Source: Candidatus Eiseniibacteriota bacterium
GTDB lineage: Bacteria > Eisenbacteria > RBG-16-71-46 > SZUA-252
NCBI GenBank assembly: GCA_963703225.1
Contig: OY969801.1
Location: forward strand, 1,472,001 to 1,536,000
Length of the DNA: 64,000 bases
Direction of reading: 5' to 3'
Shown here: positions 20,631 through 29,642 of the stretch, one piece after another
How positions within the stretch are numbered: position 1 is the first letter of the stretch
How the letters are laid out: each line of letters opens with the position of its first letter
Program-made: the position numbers and the translations under genes
The notes under the pieces: generated by a model
The model's database searches: none
What the model was told of the DNA's origin: nothing
What the model saw: the letters and a program-made list of their open reading frames with translations, nothing else

Positions 20631-20708
20631 CTCTCAGAGATGTTGACGCGCCGGCTGGTCTTCCGCCGCGTACCGGTACCGACCACGAAGCCAGGGGAAC
20701 GAAACGTC

Positions 20709-22634
20709 ATGTGCGGATTTGCGGGCACGATGGATACGCGCGACCGCCGGCCACAGAGCCGGAGTGTGCTCGAACGCATGAACGAAGTCATTGTTCACAG
20801 AGGGCCGGATGCCAGCGGGTATCACGAGGAGCCGGGCCTGGGCCTGGCCCACCGGCGCCTCTCCATCATCGACCTCTCGGGGGGGAGCCAGCCGCTCTAC
20901 AACGAGGACCGGAGCGTCGTCGTCGTGTACAACGGCGAGATCTACAATTTTCAGACGCTCGTCGACGAGCTGGTCTCCCTCGGACACACCTTCCACACCC
21001 GATGCGACACCGAGGTGATCGTCCACGGCTGGGAGCAATGGGGCGAGCGTTGCGTCGATCGGTTCCGCGGGATGTTCACCTTCGCCCTCTGGGATCGGAA
21101 TTCAGAAACACTCTTTCTGGCTCGCGACCGCTTGGGCGTGAAGCCGCTCTACTACGCCGCGCTCCCCGATGGGACCCTTCTGTTCGGATCGGAGCTCAAG
21201 ACGCTTCTCTGCCACCCAGGAGTCTCGCGGGCTTTCGACCCTTGCGCGATTGAAGATTACTTCGCTTACGGGTACGTCCCGGAGCCGCGCACGATCCTCG
21301 CGCAGGCGCTGAAGCTGCCCCCTGCACACACACTGACCGTGCGGCGCGGAAAGCCGGTGCCCGAGCCGCGCCCCTTCTGGGATGTCTCGTTTTGTCCGAA
21401 CGGTTCCCGATCGGTCGAGGACGCGGGACGAGAGCTCATCGAGCGCCTGCGCGAAGCGGTTCGGATTCGCCTCATCGCCGAAGTGCCGCTCGGCGCGTTC
21501 TTGTCGGGGGGCGTTGACTCCAGCGCCGTGGTCGCGCTGATGGCCGGGCTCTCTCCTGAGCCCGTCAACACGTGCACGATGGCCTTCGGGGAGCGCGGGT
21601 TCGACGAGTCCGACTTTGCCGAGGAGGTCGCCCGGAAGTATGAGACGAATCATCAGGTCGAGACGGTGAGCCCCGATAGCTTCGACCTGGTCGGGCTGCT
21701 CGGTGACCTCTACGACGAGCCATTTGCGGACAGTTCCGCGATTCCGACGTACCGCGTCTGTGGATTGGCGCGCAAGCGAGTCACCGTCGCCCTCTCGGGG
21801 GACGGCGGCGACGAGAATCTGGCAGGCTATCGCCGTTACCGCTGGCACGTCTACGAGGACCACGTTCGCTCCGCGCTCCCTCGTGCAATCCGGCGGCCGA
21901 TGTTCGGCCTCCTGGGCGCGCTCTACCCCAAAGCGGACTGGGCGCCGAGAGTTCTTCGGGCGAAGGCGACGCTGCAGGGTATCGCCCGCGACTCCGTCGA
22001 GGCCTACTTTCACAGCGTCTCGCTCATGGGCAACGCTCAGCGCCAACGGTTGTACCGGGACTCATTCCGAAGGGAGCTGCAGGGATACAACGCGATCGAG
22101 GTCCTGCGTCGACACGCCCAACGGGCCCCCACTTCGGATCCGCTCTCGATGGTCCAGTACCTGGATCTCAAGACCTACTTGCCCGGAGACATACTGACCA
22201 AGGTGGATCGCGCGAGCATGGCCCACTCGTTGGAGGTCCGCGTTCCCCTGTTGGACCACCTGCTGGTGGAATGGCTTGCCGGGCTCCCTTCCGGGATGAA
22301 GCTCCACGGACGCGAGGGCAAGTACATCTTCAAGCGCGCCCTGGAGCCGTATCTTCCGAAAGATCTCCTCTACCGGCCCAAGATGGGATTTGCCGTTCCC
22401 CTCGCGACCTGGTTCCGGGGTCCCCTGAGACAGCGGGTTCGCGAAGCCGTGCTCGGCGACGCGATGCGAGAGCTGGGCTATTTCGATCTGGTCACCGTCG
22501 AACGAATGATCGACCAGCATCAGGCTGGAATCAGGGACTACAGCGCTCCTCTCTGGGCGCTCATGATGTTTGAATCAAGCCTGCAACGGATGCTCGGGAT
22601 GCGGACGCAAGCGAGCGAAGCGGTCGGGATGTAG
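20709..22634 (+). CDS. asnB: Glutamine-hydrolysing asparagine synthase-like amidotransferase, XrtA/PEP-CTERM system-associated
   Basis: MCGF N-terminal Cys, HRGPD, HRRLSIID, NGEIYN, LSGGVDSS, DRASMAHSLEVRVP. Confidence 0.9.
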   Translation: MCGFAGTMDTRDRRPQSRSVLERMNEVIVHRGPDASGYHEEPGLGLAHRRLSIIDLSGGSQPLYNEDRSVVVVYNGEIYNFQTLVDELVSLGHTFHTRCDTEVIVHGWEQWGERCVDRFRGMFTFALWDRNSETLFLARDRLGVKPLYYAALPDGTLLFGSELKTLLCHPGVSRAFDPCAIEDYFAYGYVPEPRTILAQALKLPPAHTLTVRRGKPVPEPRPFWDVSFCPNGSRSVEDAGRELIERLREAVRIRLIAEVPLGAFLSGGVDSSAVVALMAGLSPEPVNTCTMAFGERGFDESDFAEEVARKYETNHQVETVSPDSFDLVGLLGDLYDEPFADSSAIPTYRVCGLARKRVTVALSGDGGDENLAGYRRYRWHVYEDHVRSALPRAIRRPMFGLLGALYPKADWAPRVLRAKATLQGIARDSVEAYFHSVSLMGNAQRQRLYRDSFRRELQGYNAIEVLRRHAQRAPTSDPLSMVQYLDLKTYLPGDILTKVDRASMAHSLEVRVPLLDHLLVEWLAGLPSGMKLHGREGKYIFKRALEPYLPKDLLYRPKMGFAVPLATWFRGPLRQRVREAVLGDAMRELGYFDLVTVERMIDQHQAGIRDYSAPLWALMMFESSLQRMLGMRTQASEAVGM

Positions 22635-22636
22635 GG

Positions 22637-23848
22637 GTGCGGATTCTCCACATCCTGGATCACTCGATACCCCTCCACAGCGGGTACTCCTTCCGCACCT
22701 TGGCGATTCTCCGGGAACAGCGCCACATCGGGTGGGAGACCGTCCACCTCACGGGGCCCAAGCAGGAAGGCTGCCACGTCGACGAGGAACAGGTCGATGG
22801 GCTCCACTTTTACCGAACACGAGCTAGCTCAAGTCCGATCGCCTCGGTGCCCGGGGTGGGAGAAATCTTAGTGATGCGCCAGCTGGAGGCCCGTCTCAGG
22901 GTCGTGGCGCAAAAGGTCCAGCCAGACGTCTTGCACGCCCACTCCCCCGTCTTGAATGCGCTGCCGACACTCCGCATCGGACGAGAGTTGGGGATCCCGG
23001 TCGTCTACGAAGTGAGGGCTTTCTGGGAGGACGCCGCCGCGGACCACGGCACGGCCCCGGCGTGGGGTCCCCGCTATCGAATGACGCGCGCGCTGGAGAC
23101 GCACGCGCTCCGTCGTGTGGCGGCCGTGACGACAATATGCGAGGGGCTCCGTGGAGACATCGTCCGCCGCGGAATCTCCACGGACCGGGTCACGGTCATT
23201 CCCAATGCCGTGGATGTGTCGAGGTTCCCTGGGGCGAGCGGGCCCGACCCGACGCTCGCGCGGGAGCTGGGCCTCCAGGGTGCTCCGGTGATCGGCTTCA
23301 TCGGGTCCTTCTACCACTACGAGGGCCTGGAGGTGCTCCTCCGCGCGGTTCCCACGCTGCTCTCCCACGCACCCGGCGTGAAGGTGCTCTTGGCGGGAGG
23401 GGGCCCGGAAGAAACCCGGCTTCGCTCCCAGGCAGCGGCGATGGGCCTCAGCGATCAGGTTCGGTTTGTGGGCCGGGTGCCGCACGAGCAGGTGAATCGT
23501 TATTACAGCCTGATCGACGTCCTGGTCTATCCGCGGCTCCACAGCCGGTTGACCGACCTGGTGACACCGCTCAAGCCACTGGAGGCGATGGCGCTCGGGC
23601 GGCTCGTGGTTGCGTCCGATGTGGGCGGTCATCGCGAGCTCGTTCGCGACGGCGAGACCGGCGTTCTATTTCGCGCGGGCGACGCGGAGGCCCTCTCGGC
23701 CGCGGTGCTTCGTCTCCTTCGCTCGCCGGAGATCTGGCAGGGGCTCCGGAACGAGGCCAGGCGCTTTGTCGAGACGGAGCGCTCGTGGCCCGCGGTTGTG
23801 GATCGCTATCGGAAGGTCTACGCCTCGGCGCAAGCCCGGAGGCCATGA
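22637..23848 (+). CDS. Glycosyltransferase family 4, exosortase A system-associated
   Basis: ILDHSIPLHSGY, YEVRAFWEDAA, LVTPLKPLEAMA. Confidence 0.9.
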   Translation: MRILHILDHSIPLHSGYSFRTLAILREQRHIGWETVHLTGPKQEGCHVDEEQVDGLHFYRTRASSSPIASVPGVGEILVMRQLEARLRVVAQKVQPDVLHAHSPVLNALPTLRIGRELGIPVVYEVRAFWEDAAADHGTAPAWGPRYRMTRALETHALRRVAAVTTICEGLRGDIVRRGISTDRVTVIPNAVDVSRFPGASGPDPTLARELGLQGAPVIGFIGSFYHYEGLEVLLRAVPTLLSHAPGVKVLLAGGGPEETRLRSQAAAMGLSDQVRFVGRVPHEQVNRYYSLIDVLVYPRLHSRLTDLVTPLKPLEAMALGRLVVASDVGGHRELVRDGETGVLFRAGDAEALSAAVLRLLRSPEIWQGLRNEARRFVETERSWPAVVDRYRKVYASAQARRP

Positions 23849-23865
23849 GGCCGGCTCCGCCGGGC

Positions 23866-25062
23866 TCACGCCTTTCGGGACCTTTGCCCGGACACGGCCG
23901 CTTGGAAGACGCGGAAGGCGTCCGCCGCGGTCCGGCTCCAATTCCATTGTTTGGCGAAGTCAGCGATCCCGGCTCGATCCCATGGTGTTCCGAGCGCGGT
24001 TCTGAGCGCCGCGGCCAGGGAGGAGCTATTCCGCTCGGATAGGATCCCGACTTGCTCGGACCGGATGATCTCGGGGATTCCTCCCACGGCGGTCGCGACC
24101 ACGGGTATGCCGCACGCGAGCGCCTCCAAGATGGCGTTCGGCATTCCCTCCATGGCGCTCGCCAAGCAAACGACATCCGCCGCGCCGTACCAGAGGCGGA
24201 GCGCGGCATGAGGCACGCGCCCGACCAGGCGCACCCGGTCCGCCAATCCCCGCGCCTGGATCGCTCGGGCAAGCTCCGCACGGAATGGACCCTCCCCCAC
24301 AATCGCGAGACGGAGGTCCCTCAGTCCCTCCTCGGCCGAAAGGCGCCCCACAGCCTCCGCGACAATGTGGAATCCCTTGTTCTCGCTCAGATGGCCCACG
24401 CAAAGGACCATTCGCCCCGGTGGCAGCCCGAGCGTGGTGCGCGCTTCTTCCTGTCGCATGGGATGGAACCTCGCTGGGTCCACGCCATTCGGAATCACGG
24501 CGATGCGGTCTCGCCGCGCGCCCAGCTCGACCATCGCGTCCTGGAGCGCCCTCGAGACCGCGATGATGCCCGCGGCCGCATCCAGCGTGGATTGAATCTG
24601 CCGCCGAATGAGGGGAAAGGTGCGGAAGAGATTGATGTCGCTCCCACGAGCCGAGACGACGAACGGGCGGTCGAAGTGCCGAGCCAGCCGCGCGGCGGCG
24701 AACCCGTCGGGGTAGACGTAATGCGCGTCCAGCAAGTCGAAATCGAAGTCGCGCCGGATGTCGCGGACCGAGCCCAGCAGGGAGCGGTACATCATCCACC
24801 CGTGCGCGGTCATCCCGATCTTGGGGATCAGCGCGTAGCGCGGGTGAAACACTTCCAGACCATCGAGTGTCTCGCGGCGGCACACTTGTGAGAAGGAGCC
24901 GTAGCGGCCGCCCAGCATCGGCGGGGCGTACGGCACCGGCGCGACGATCTTGACCGCGCAGTCCCCCGCCTGCGGGTAGTGACGCACGCGCTCCCGAATG
25001 AAAACACCGTGCTCTGGCCAGACGTTGTTGGGATAGAGAGACGTGAAAACGAGGATGTTCAC
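23866..25062 (-). CDS. Glycosyltransferase family 4
   Basis: FTSLYPN, LDAHYVYPDG, ARGSDIN, EGMPNAILEALACG. Confidence 0.88.
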   Translation of the reverse strand: MNILVFTSLYPNNVWPEHGVFIRERVRHYPQAGDCAVKIVAPVPYAPPMLGGRYGSFSQVCRRETLDGLEVFHPRYALIPKIGMTAHGWMMYRSLLGSVRDIRRDFDFDLLDAHYVYPDGFAAARLARHFDRPFVVSARGSDINLFRTFPLIRRQIQSTLDAAAGIIAVSRALQDAMVELGARRDRIAVIPNGVDPARFHPMRQEEARTTLGLPPGRMVLCVGHLSENKGFHIVAEAVGRLSAEEGLRDLRLAIVGEGPFRAELARAIQARGLADRVRLVGRVPHAALRLWYGAADVVCLASAMEGMPNAILEALACGIPVVATAVGGIPEIIRSEQVGILSERNSSSLAAALRTALGTPWDRAGIADFAKQWNWSRTAADAFRVFQAAVSGQRSRKA

Positions 25063-25109
25063 GTCGACGGAGCGACGTCGCGGGCCCGAATGAGTCCGAG
25101 CGGCCTCAG

Positions 25110-25775
25110 CTAGTTCCCCCGGCCCCCACCTGGAGGGCCAGCGCGGGATCCGGAGCTGTCCGCCTTCGCCGTGGTCCTGGGCATCATGAGCGCCTTCCCG
25201 GCACCGGGCGGCAGTGCCTCCTCCAGCCATGCTCGGGCCTGGATGAAGTCCGGATCGATCCGCAGCGCCTCCATGAACTCGGCGATTCCGGCGTTGGTGG
25301 CGCCGATCTCAACGAGAAAGTGTCCATATTGCGCGTGGGTGTACGCGTACTGCGGATAAAGCTTCAGCGCTCGCTCAAAGTATCCAATGGCCATGGAGTC
25401 CTGATTGGTCGCCTTCGCAATCTCCGCCATGAGATGGAGCGCTCCGGGATGGTTCGGGAAGTACCGGAGAGCGTATTCGCAGTCCGCGATGGGGTCTTGA
25501 TACTTTCCCGCAAAGAACAGCTTCCAGGTCCGCTCGCTGGCGTGCGCCCGATCGACCAGGAACAGTTGGAGCTTCGTCTCGGGATTGAGGTTGGCGATGA
25601 AGTAGTCGAGGTCGATGAGGCTGCCCGCCAGATTTCGATCGCTGTATGCATTCGCCTGCCCGCTGGCTTCGAGTGGGACGAACAGAGCGGAGGAAATAAG
25701 GGCAATCAAGATGGTTCCATAAGACCACGCGAAGCCCACACGTCGCACGATCACGATTCCTGGAACGCCTGGTAC
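25110..25775 (-). CDS. Tetratricopeptide repeat protein, probably exported
   Basis: Hydrophobic N-region; YALRYFPNHPGAL, FERALKLYP and EALRIDPD helical repeats; start uncertain. Confidence 0.7.
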   Translation of the reverse strand, partial: VPGVPGIVIVRRVGFAWSYGTILIALISSALFVPLEASGQANAYSDRNLAGSLIDLDYFIANLNPETKLQLFLVDRAHASERTWKLFFAGKYQDPIADCEYALRYFPNHPGALHLMAEIAKATNQDSMAIGYFERALKLYPQYAYTHAQYGHFLVEIGATNAGIAEFMEALRIDPDFIQARAWLEEALPPGAGKALMMPRTTAKADSSGSRAGPPGGGRGN

Positions 25776-25862
25776 GTGCCCACCGGCTGATTTTATCACG
25801 CGACGCGGTCTGGCGGCAATCGAGCCCCGGGCTCTCTGCGGCTCGGCTCGATCCAAACTCGG

Positions 25863-28169
25863 CTAGGAGCCGAGGTACGCGCCCACGAGCCACACCCCGC
25901 CGATGATCCAGAGCATGAGGGCTACCCCGCGGAGTGGTAGCTCGATCGAAGCTCGGCGACGACGAAGGGCGAAGAAGAGGAGCTCCTGAACGATCAGGCC
26001 GGCGAGGATCCAGCCCGTGACGCCATACCTCTCGGCTAGGTGGTCGCGGAATTTAGGGTAGGCGGATGCCATCCGGGCGAGGCTCTTCTCCATCGACTCG
26101 ATCTCGGCCGAATCGGGGGGGAACGGTGCCAGCGTAATCGCCTCGGGGGCTCCTCCGCGGGGAGCGGTTCGCACCAGAACCTCGGCTCCCTCGCGGCGCA
26201 CCGACCCGGCGCCGAGCCATGGAGAGAGCGTCACATCCCAGTTCTCGGGGCCCTGATAGTTCACCTCAAGAGTGCCCGGGCGATCCGGCTCGGAACTCGA
26301 CAGACGGGACCCGTCGCGGTCGGAGCCCCCCCCACGCGCGAGGCGCCAGACCGAAAGGGTCCAGGCGTGCCGTGCGGCTTGGTCGAGCACGATCGAGGTC
26401 GATGCCGTGGGGACCCCGTGGCGGACCACCCAACCGGCAAAAGGCTGGACGCTCCCGCGAAGGAGCCGCGCCGATGTTCCCTGGGAGCTCTCGATCGCGG
26501 CCCGGAGCTCCGTCGGGCTGCCCTCCGATGTGAGGACATAGGTCCCTGGTAGATCTCCCGGAATCAAGGCTACCTCCGGCGACGTGGTCCATGCCGTTGT
26601 CGTGCGCGCATCCTCATCTCCCTGTGTCTGGTCCAAGACGAGCCAGATGTCGGGGCGAAGATGCACGATCTGCCGCCGCGCTCGGTAGGCGCCGGGCCCC
26701 GTGCGTTCGAGGTCCAGGGCCATCATGCGGTCGCTCTCGCCATAGCCGAGGAGATGGGCGTCGCGGGGGCTCTGCCCCGGCTCGTCGAGGAGGTGGGGTG
26801 CGTTCGACCCGGTCCAGGACACCGCCTCGCCCCGCCCGGACAGGTCGTAGGACCAGTAGCCGGCATTGGTCCACCAGGATTGGCCGTCGCCCCAGAGGAG
26901 GACGCTCAGCTCGTCGGCGTGCTTGTGGCCATGACCCGGGACGTTGGACCACGTCACCAGGGTTTGCCGCCCGCCGGCCGCACTTCGGTCTCCCTCCGGC
27001 CCGTCCCACCAGATCGCGTAGCCCGCCGTCGGAAACAGCCTGCCGCCCACCCCTGGACTCCAGTCCTCGCTCCGCTTCAAGGGGGCCGCCCACCCCGCGG
27101 CGTCGACCGTCGTCACGAGCGGGACGTGCGGCTGGGGTCGGCTATCGGTGTCGCCGAGGAGAGGGAGCGTGCCATCGGGTCGCCGCATGAGGCGATAGAC
27201 GTCCTTCGCGGCCTCGTACTTGCGAATCCACTCGCGTGGGGCTGGCTCCCCCATCAGAGTGAGATAGCGGAGCGCCATCCCCATGAGCTCAACGCCGAAC
27301 GCCTGATACTCCGCCGAGTGCTCGAGAATCACGCCCTGGGAATCGACGTAGTAGTGGAATTGCTCCTCGAGCCGTCGGAAGGCAACGCGCCGCATGGAAT
27401 CGCGATCAGGCATCCAGGGAAACGCGACGGCGAGGTGCCAGAGGCCAAGGTTTTGCATGACCCCATGGTTTGTGGCGAAGGTGAACTGCGCGGGCGCCGC
27501 GAGGAACCGCCCGCTCCGGAGCGCGAATTCCAGCACGGACCGCGCCACGACGGGATCGTAGGAGCGGTGCTGCCGATACAGGCGCCAGAAATGGCCGAGC
27601 ACGACGACTCGGGATGCCAGCGCATGGTCATTCCACAAGAATCCCCGCGGCACGTGGGCTCGGCGCTCATAGTTCGCCCAGCCGCGGATGACGTCCCTGG
27701 CGGTGACAAAGTACTCCTCCCGGCCCGACTTCTCGTAGGCGGCGAGGAGAATCTCGGGCACGATCAGGCTTGCCACCTCGAGCTGCCAGCTCGACGGACC
27801 CCTCTGGACGTCGCCCGCGTCGAATGGAAGGTGCACCGTCGTGGTGGGCAGGCCCGGTACGGCCGCCTCGCCCCGAAGTAATCGCTCCGCGATCGGGAGA
27901 AGGTCGGGCTGGTCCGACCAGCGGCGAGCGGAGAAGCGAGCGCCCTCGAGCTCGGCCAACACCGAGTCCGGAGGCACGGTGCGAGCGCGTTCCACAAGAT
28001 CCGGCGAGATGGACGACCGTGGGATTCGGTAATGGTTCCAAATGGGCGCCCAGACGGCGGCGAGAACAAGCGCGGGGGCCAGCCAGCCGAATCGTCGGAG
28101 GGATGCGGAGAGATTGGGGCGCATCTCAGCCCGCATCATATCATCGCGATGACGGTGCCCGAGCGTCAA
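25863..28169 (-). CDS. Heparinase II/III-like membrane-anchored protein
   Basis: WNDH, NHGVMQ, EHSAEYQ, PLLGD, GHKHADELS; N- and C-terminal TM segments; true start may be slightly downstream. Confidence 0.8.
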   Translation of the reverse strand: MTLGHRHRDDMMRAEMRPNLSASLRRFGWLAPALVLAAVWAPIWNHYRIPRSSISPDLVERARTVPPDSVLAELEGARFSARRWSDQPDLLPIAERLLRGEAAVPGLPTTTVHLPFDAGDVQRGPSSWQLEVASLIVPEILLAAYEKSGREEYFVTARDVIRGWANYERRAHVPRGFLWNDHALASRVVVLGHFWRLYRQHRSYDPVVARSVLEFALRSGRFLAAPAQFTFATNHGVMQNLGLWHLAVAFPWMPDRDSMRRVAFRRLEEQFHYYVDSQGVILEHSAEYQAFGVELMGMALRYLTLMGEPAPREWIRKYEAAKDVYRLMRRPDGTLPLLGDTDSRPQPHVPLVTTVDAAGWAAPLKRSEDWSPGVGGRLFPTAGYAIWWDGPEGDRSAAGGRQTLVTWSNVPGHGHKHADELSVLLWGDGQSWWTNAGYWSYDLSGRGEAVSWTGSNAPHLLDEPGQSPRDAHLLGYGESDRMMALDLERTGPGAYRARRQIVHLRPDIWLVLDQTQGDEDARTTTAWTTSPEVALIPGDLPGTYVLTSEGSPTELRAAIESSQGTSARLLRGSVQPFAGWVVRHGVPTASTSIVLDQAARHAWTLSVWRLARGGGSDRDGSRLSSSEPDRPGTLEVNYQGPENWDVTLSPWLGAGSVRREGAEVLVRTAPRGGAPEAITLAPFPPDSAEIESMEKSLARMASAYPKFRDHLAERYGVTGWILAGLIVQELLFFALRRRRASIELPLRGVALMLWIIGGVWLVGAYLGS

Positions 28170-28200
28170 TTCTGCTGACTCATCACGGCGATCAGCATTA

Positions 28201-28209
28201 TGTTAGAAT
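28201..28209 (+). promoter_or_regulatory. Extended -10 promoter element inside an imperfect inverted repeat
   Basis: TGTTAGAAT in the divergent intergenic region. Confidence 0.4.
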
Positions 28210-28305
28210 GATGCTGGAGATGCATTCAGTCCCCCGTCCCGAATCGCGCCTGCGATCGGTCAACCACGAGCCCCGCTCGGGCCCCGTCGTTCGCGAGACT
28301 CGCTG

Positions 28306-29628
28306 ATGCGCGATATCGTCCTCATCGTCGCGATTCTCGGCAGCATCCCCTTCGCTTTCGTCAAACCCTACATAGGGATTTACCTGTGGTACTGGATCGG
28401 ACTCATGAACCCCCACCGCTTCACGTGGGGCTTCATGTACACCTTCCCCGTCGCTCAATGCGTCGGCATCGCCACCGTGGCGGGAAGCCTTTTCGTGCGG
28501 CACCGCGCCCCGCTGCTGCGTTCTCGGGAGATCGTGATGCTGCTCGCGCTCACCCTCCTGTTCACGATCAACACGGCCCTCGCTCTCTTCCCCAGCGCCT
28601 GGCCGGAATGGGAAAAGGTGATGAAGGTGCTCGTCATGACCTACTTCACCGTGACCCTCATCGACGAGAAGAGAAAGCTCCGGATGCTCCTCATCGTCGT
28701 CGTGCTCTCGATCGGTTTCGTCGCCGTGAAGGGGTCCATATGGGGGATCCTCACCGGCGGGCAGTATCGTCTCTGGGGCCCCGAAGGCTCCACGTTGGGG
28801 GACAACAACTCGATGGGGCTCGCCCTCAACATGATCTTGCCTTTGGCGCTCTTTCTCGCGCGAAACGAGGAGCGCGTTTGGAGCCGGCTGCTCTTCTACG
28901 GGGTGTTCCTGAGCTCCATCTTCGGCGTCTTTCTCAGCTACTCGCGCGGTGCCTTCCTTGGGCTGGCGCCGGTCCTCACGATGCTCTTCTACCGGGCGCG
29001 GAAGAACGTATTCTTCGTGGTCTTTGGAATCAGCGTGTTCCTGGCCATCCTCGCGTTCATTCCGAACTCCTGGTTCGATCGGATGGGGACCATCCGTACG
29101 TACGAGCAGGATGAGTCGGCGATGACGAGGATTCAGACCTGGCAGTTTGCCTGGGAGCTCGCGCTGCAGCGGCCGTTCACCGGAGGAGGGTTTGATGGGT
29201 TTCGCGCCAACCCGACGAACCAAAACCCTCACAGCATCTATTTCGGCATGCTGGGCGAGCAGGGGTTCATCGCCTTCGCCCTCTTCCTCTTGCTTCTCGC
29301 GTCCTGCTTCAGCAGCCTCGGCAAGCTCGCCAAGCGATGTGGAAAGCGGCCCGAGCTCGCCTGGTACGCGGACTGCGCGAGGATGCTCCGGGTGAGTATC
29401 GTGGGCTATTCGTTCTCGGGCGCATTTCTGAATCTGCAGTACTTCGACCTTTTCTATCTGGTGGTGGCCCTCACGGCCATCCTGCGCAACTTGATCACCG
29501 TCGAGCTGGCGGCCCTCGCCGCGTCGCAGGAGACCACGGAGCCGTCGCCATCCCCGCGGGGCGCTCCCTTCGGACCTTTGCGCGGGCCCAGCCCCTTGGC
29601 GCCACCCTCGCCTCGATTCGGCGTGTGA
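28306..29628 (+). CDS. Putative O-glycosylation ligase/Wzy-like polymerase, exosortase A-associated
   Basis: MRD...MNPHR.TWG, GDNNSMG, YSRGAFLG, PFTGGGF, PHSIYF.MLGEQG; many TM helices. Confidence 0.88.
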   Translation: MRDIVLIVAILGSIPFAFVKPYIGIYLWYWIGLMNPHRFTWGFMYTFPVAQCVGIATVAGSLFVRHRAPLLRSREIVMLLALTLLFTINTALALFPSAWPEWEKVMKVLVMTYFTVTLIDEKRKLRMLLIVVVLSIGFVAVKGSIWGILTGGQYRLWGPEGSTLGDNNSMGLALNMILPLALFLARNEERVWSRLLFYGVFLSSIFGVFLSYSRGAFLGLAPVLTMLFYRARKNVFFVVFGISVFLAILAFIPNSWFDRMGTIRTYEQDESAMTRIQTWQFAWELALQRPFTGGGFDGFRANPTNQNPHSIYFGMLGEQGFIAFALFLLLLASCFSSLGKLAKRCGKRPELAWYADCARMLRVSIVGYSFSGAFLNLQYFDLFYLVVALTAILRNLITVELAALAASQETTEPSPSPRGAPFGPLRGPSPLAPPSPRFGV

Positions 29629-29642
29629 GGCTCGCGTAGCGG

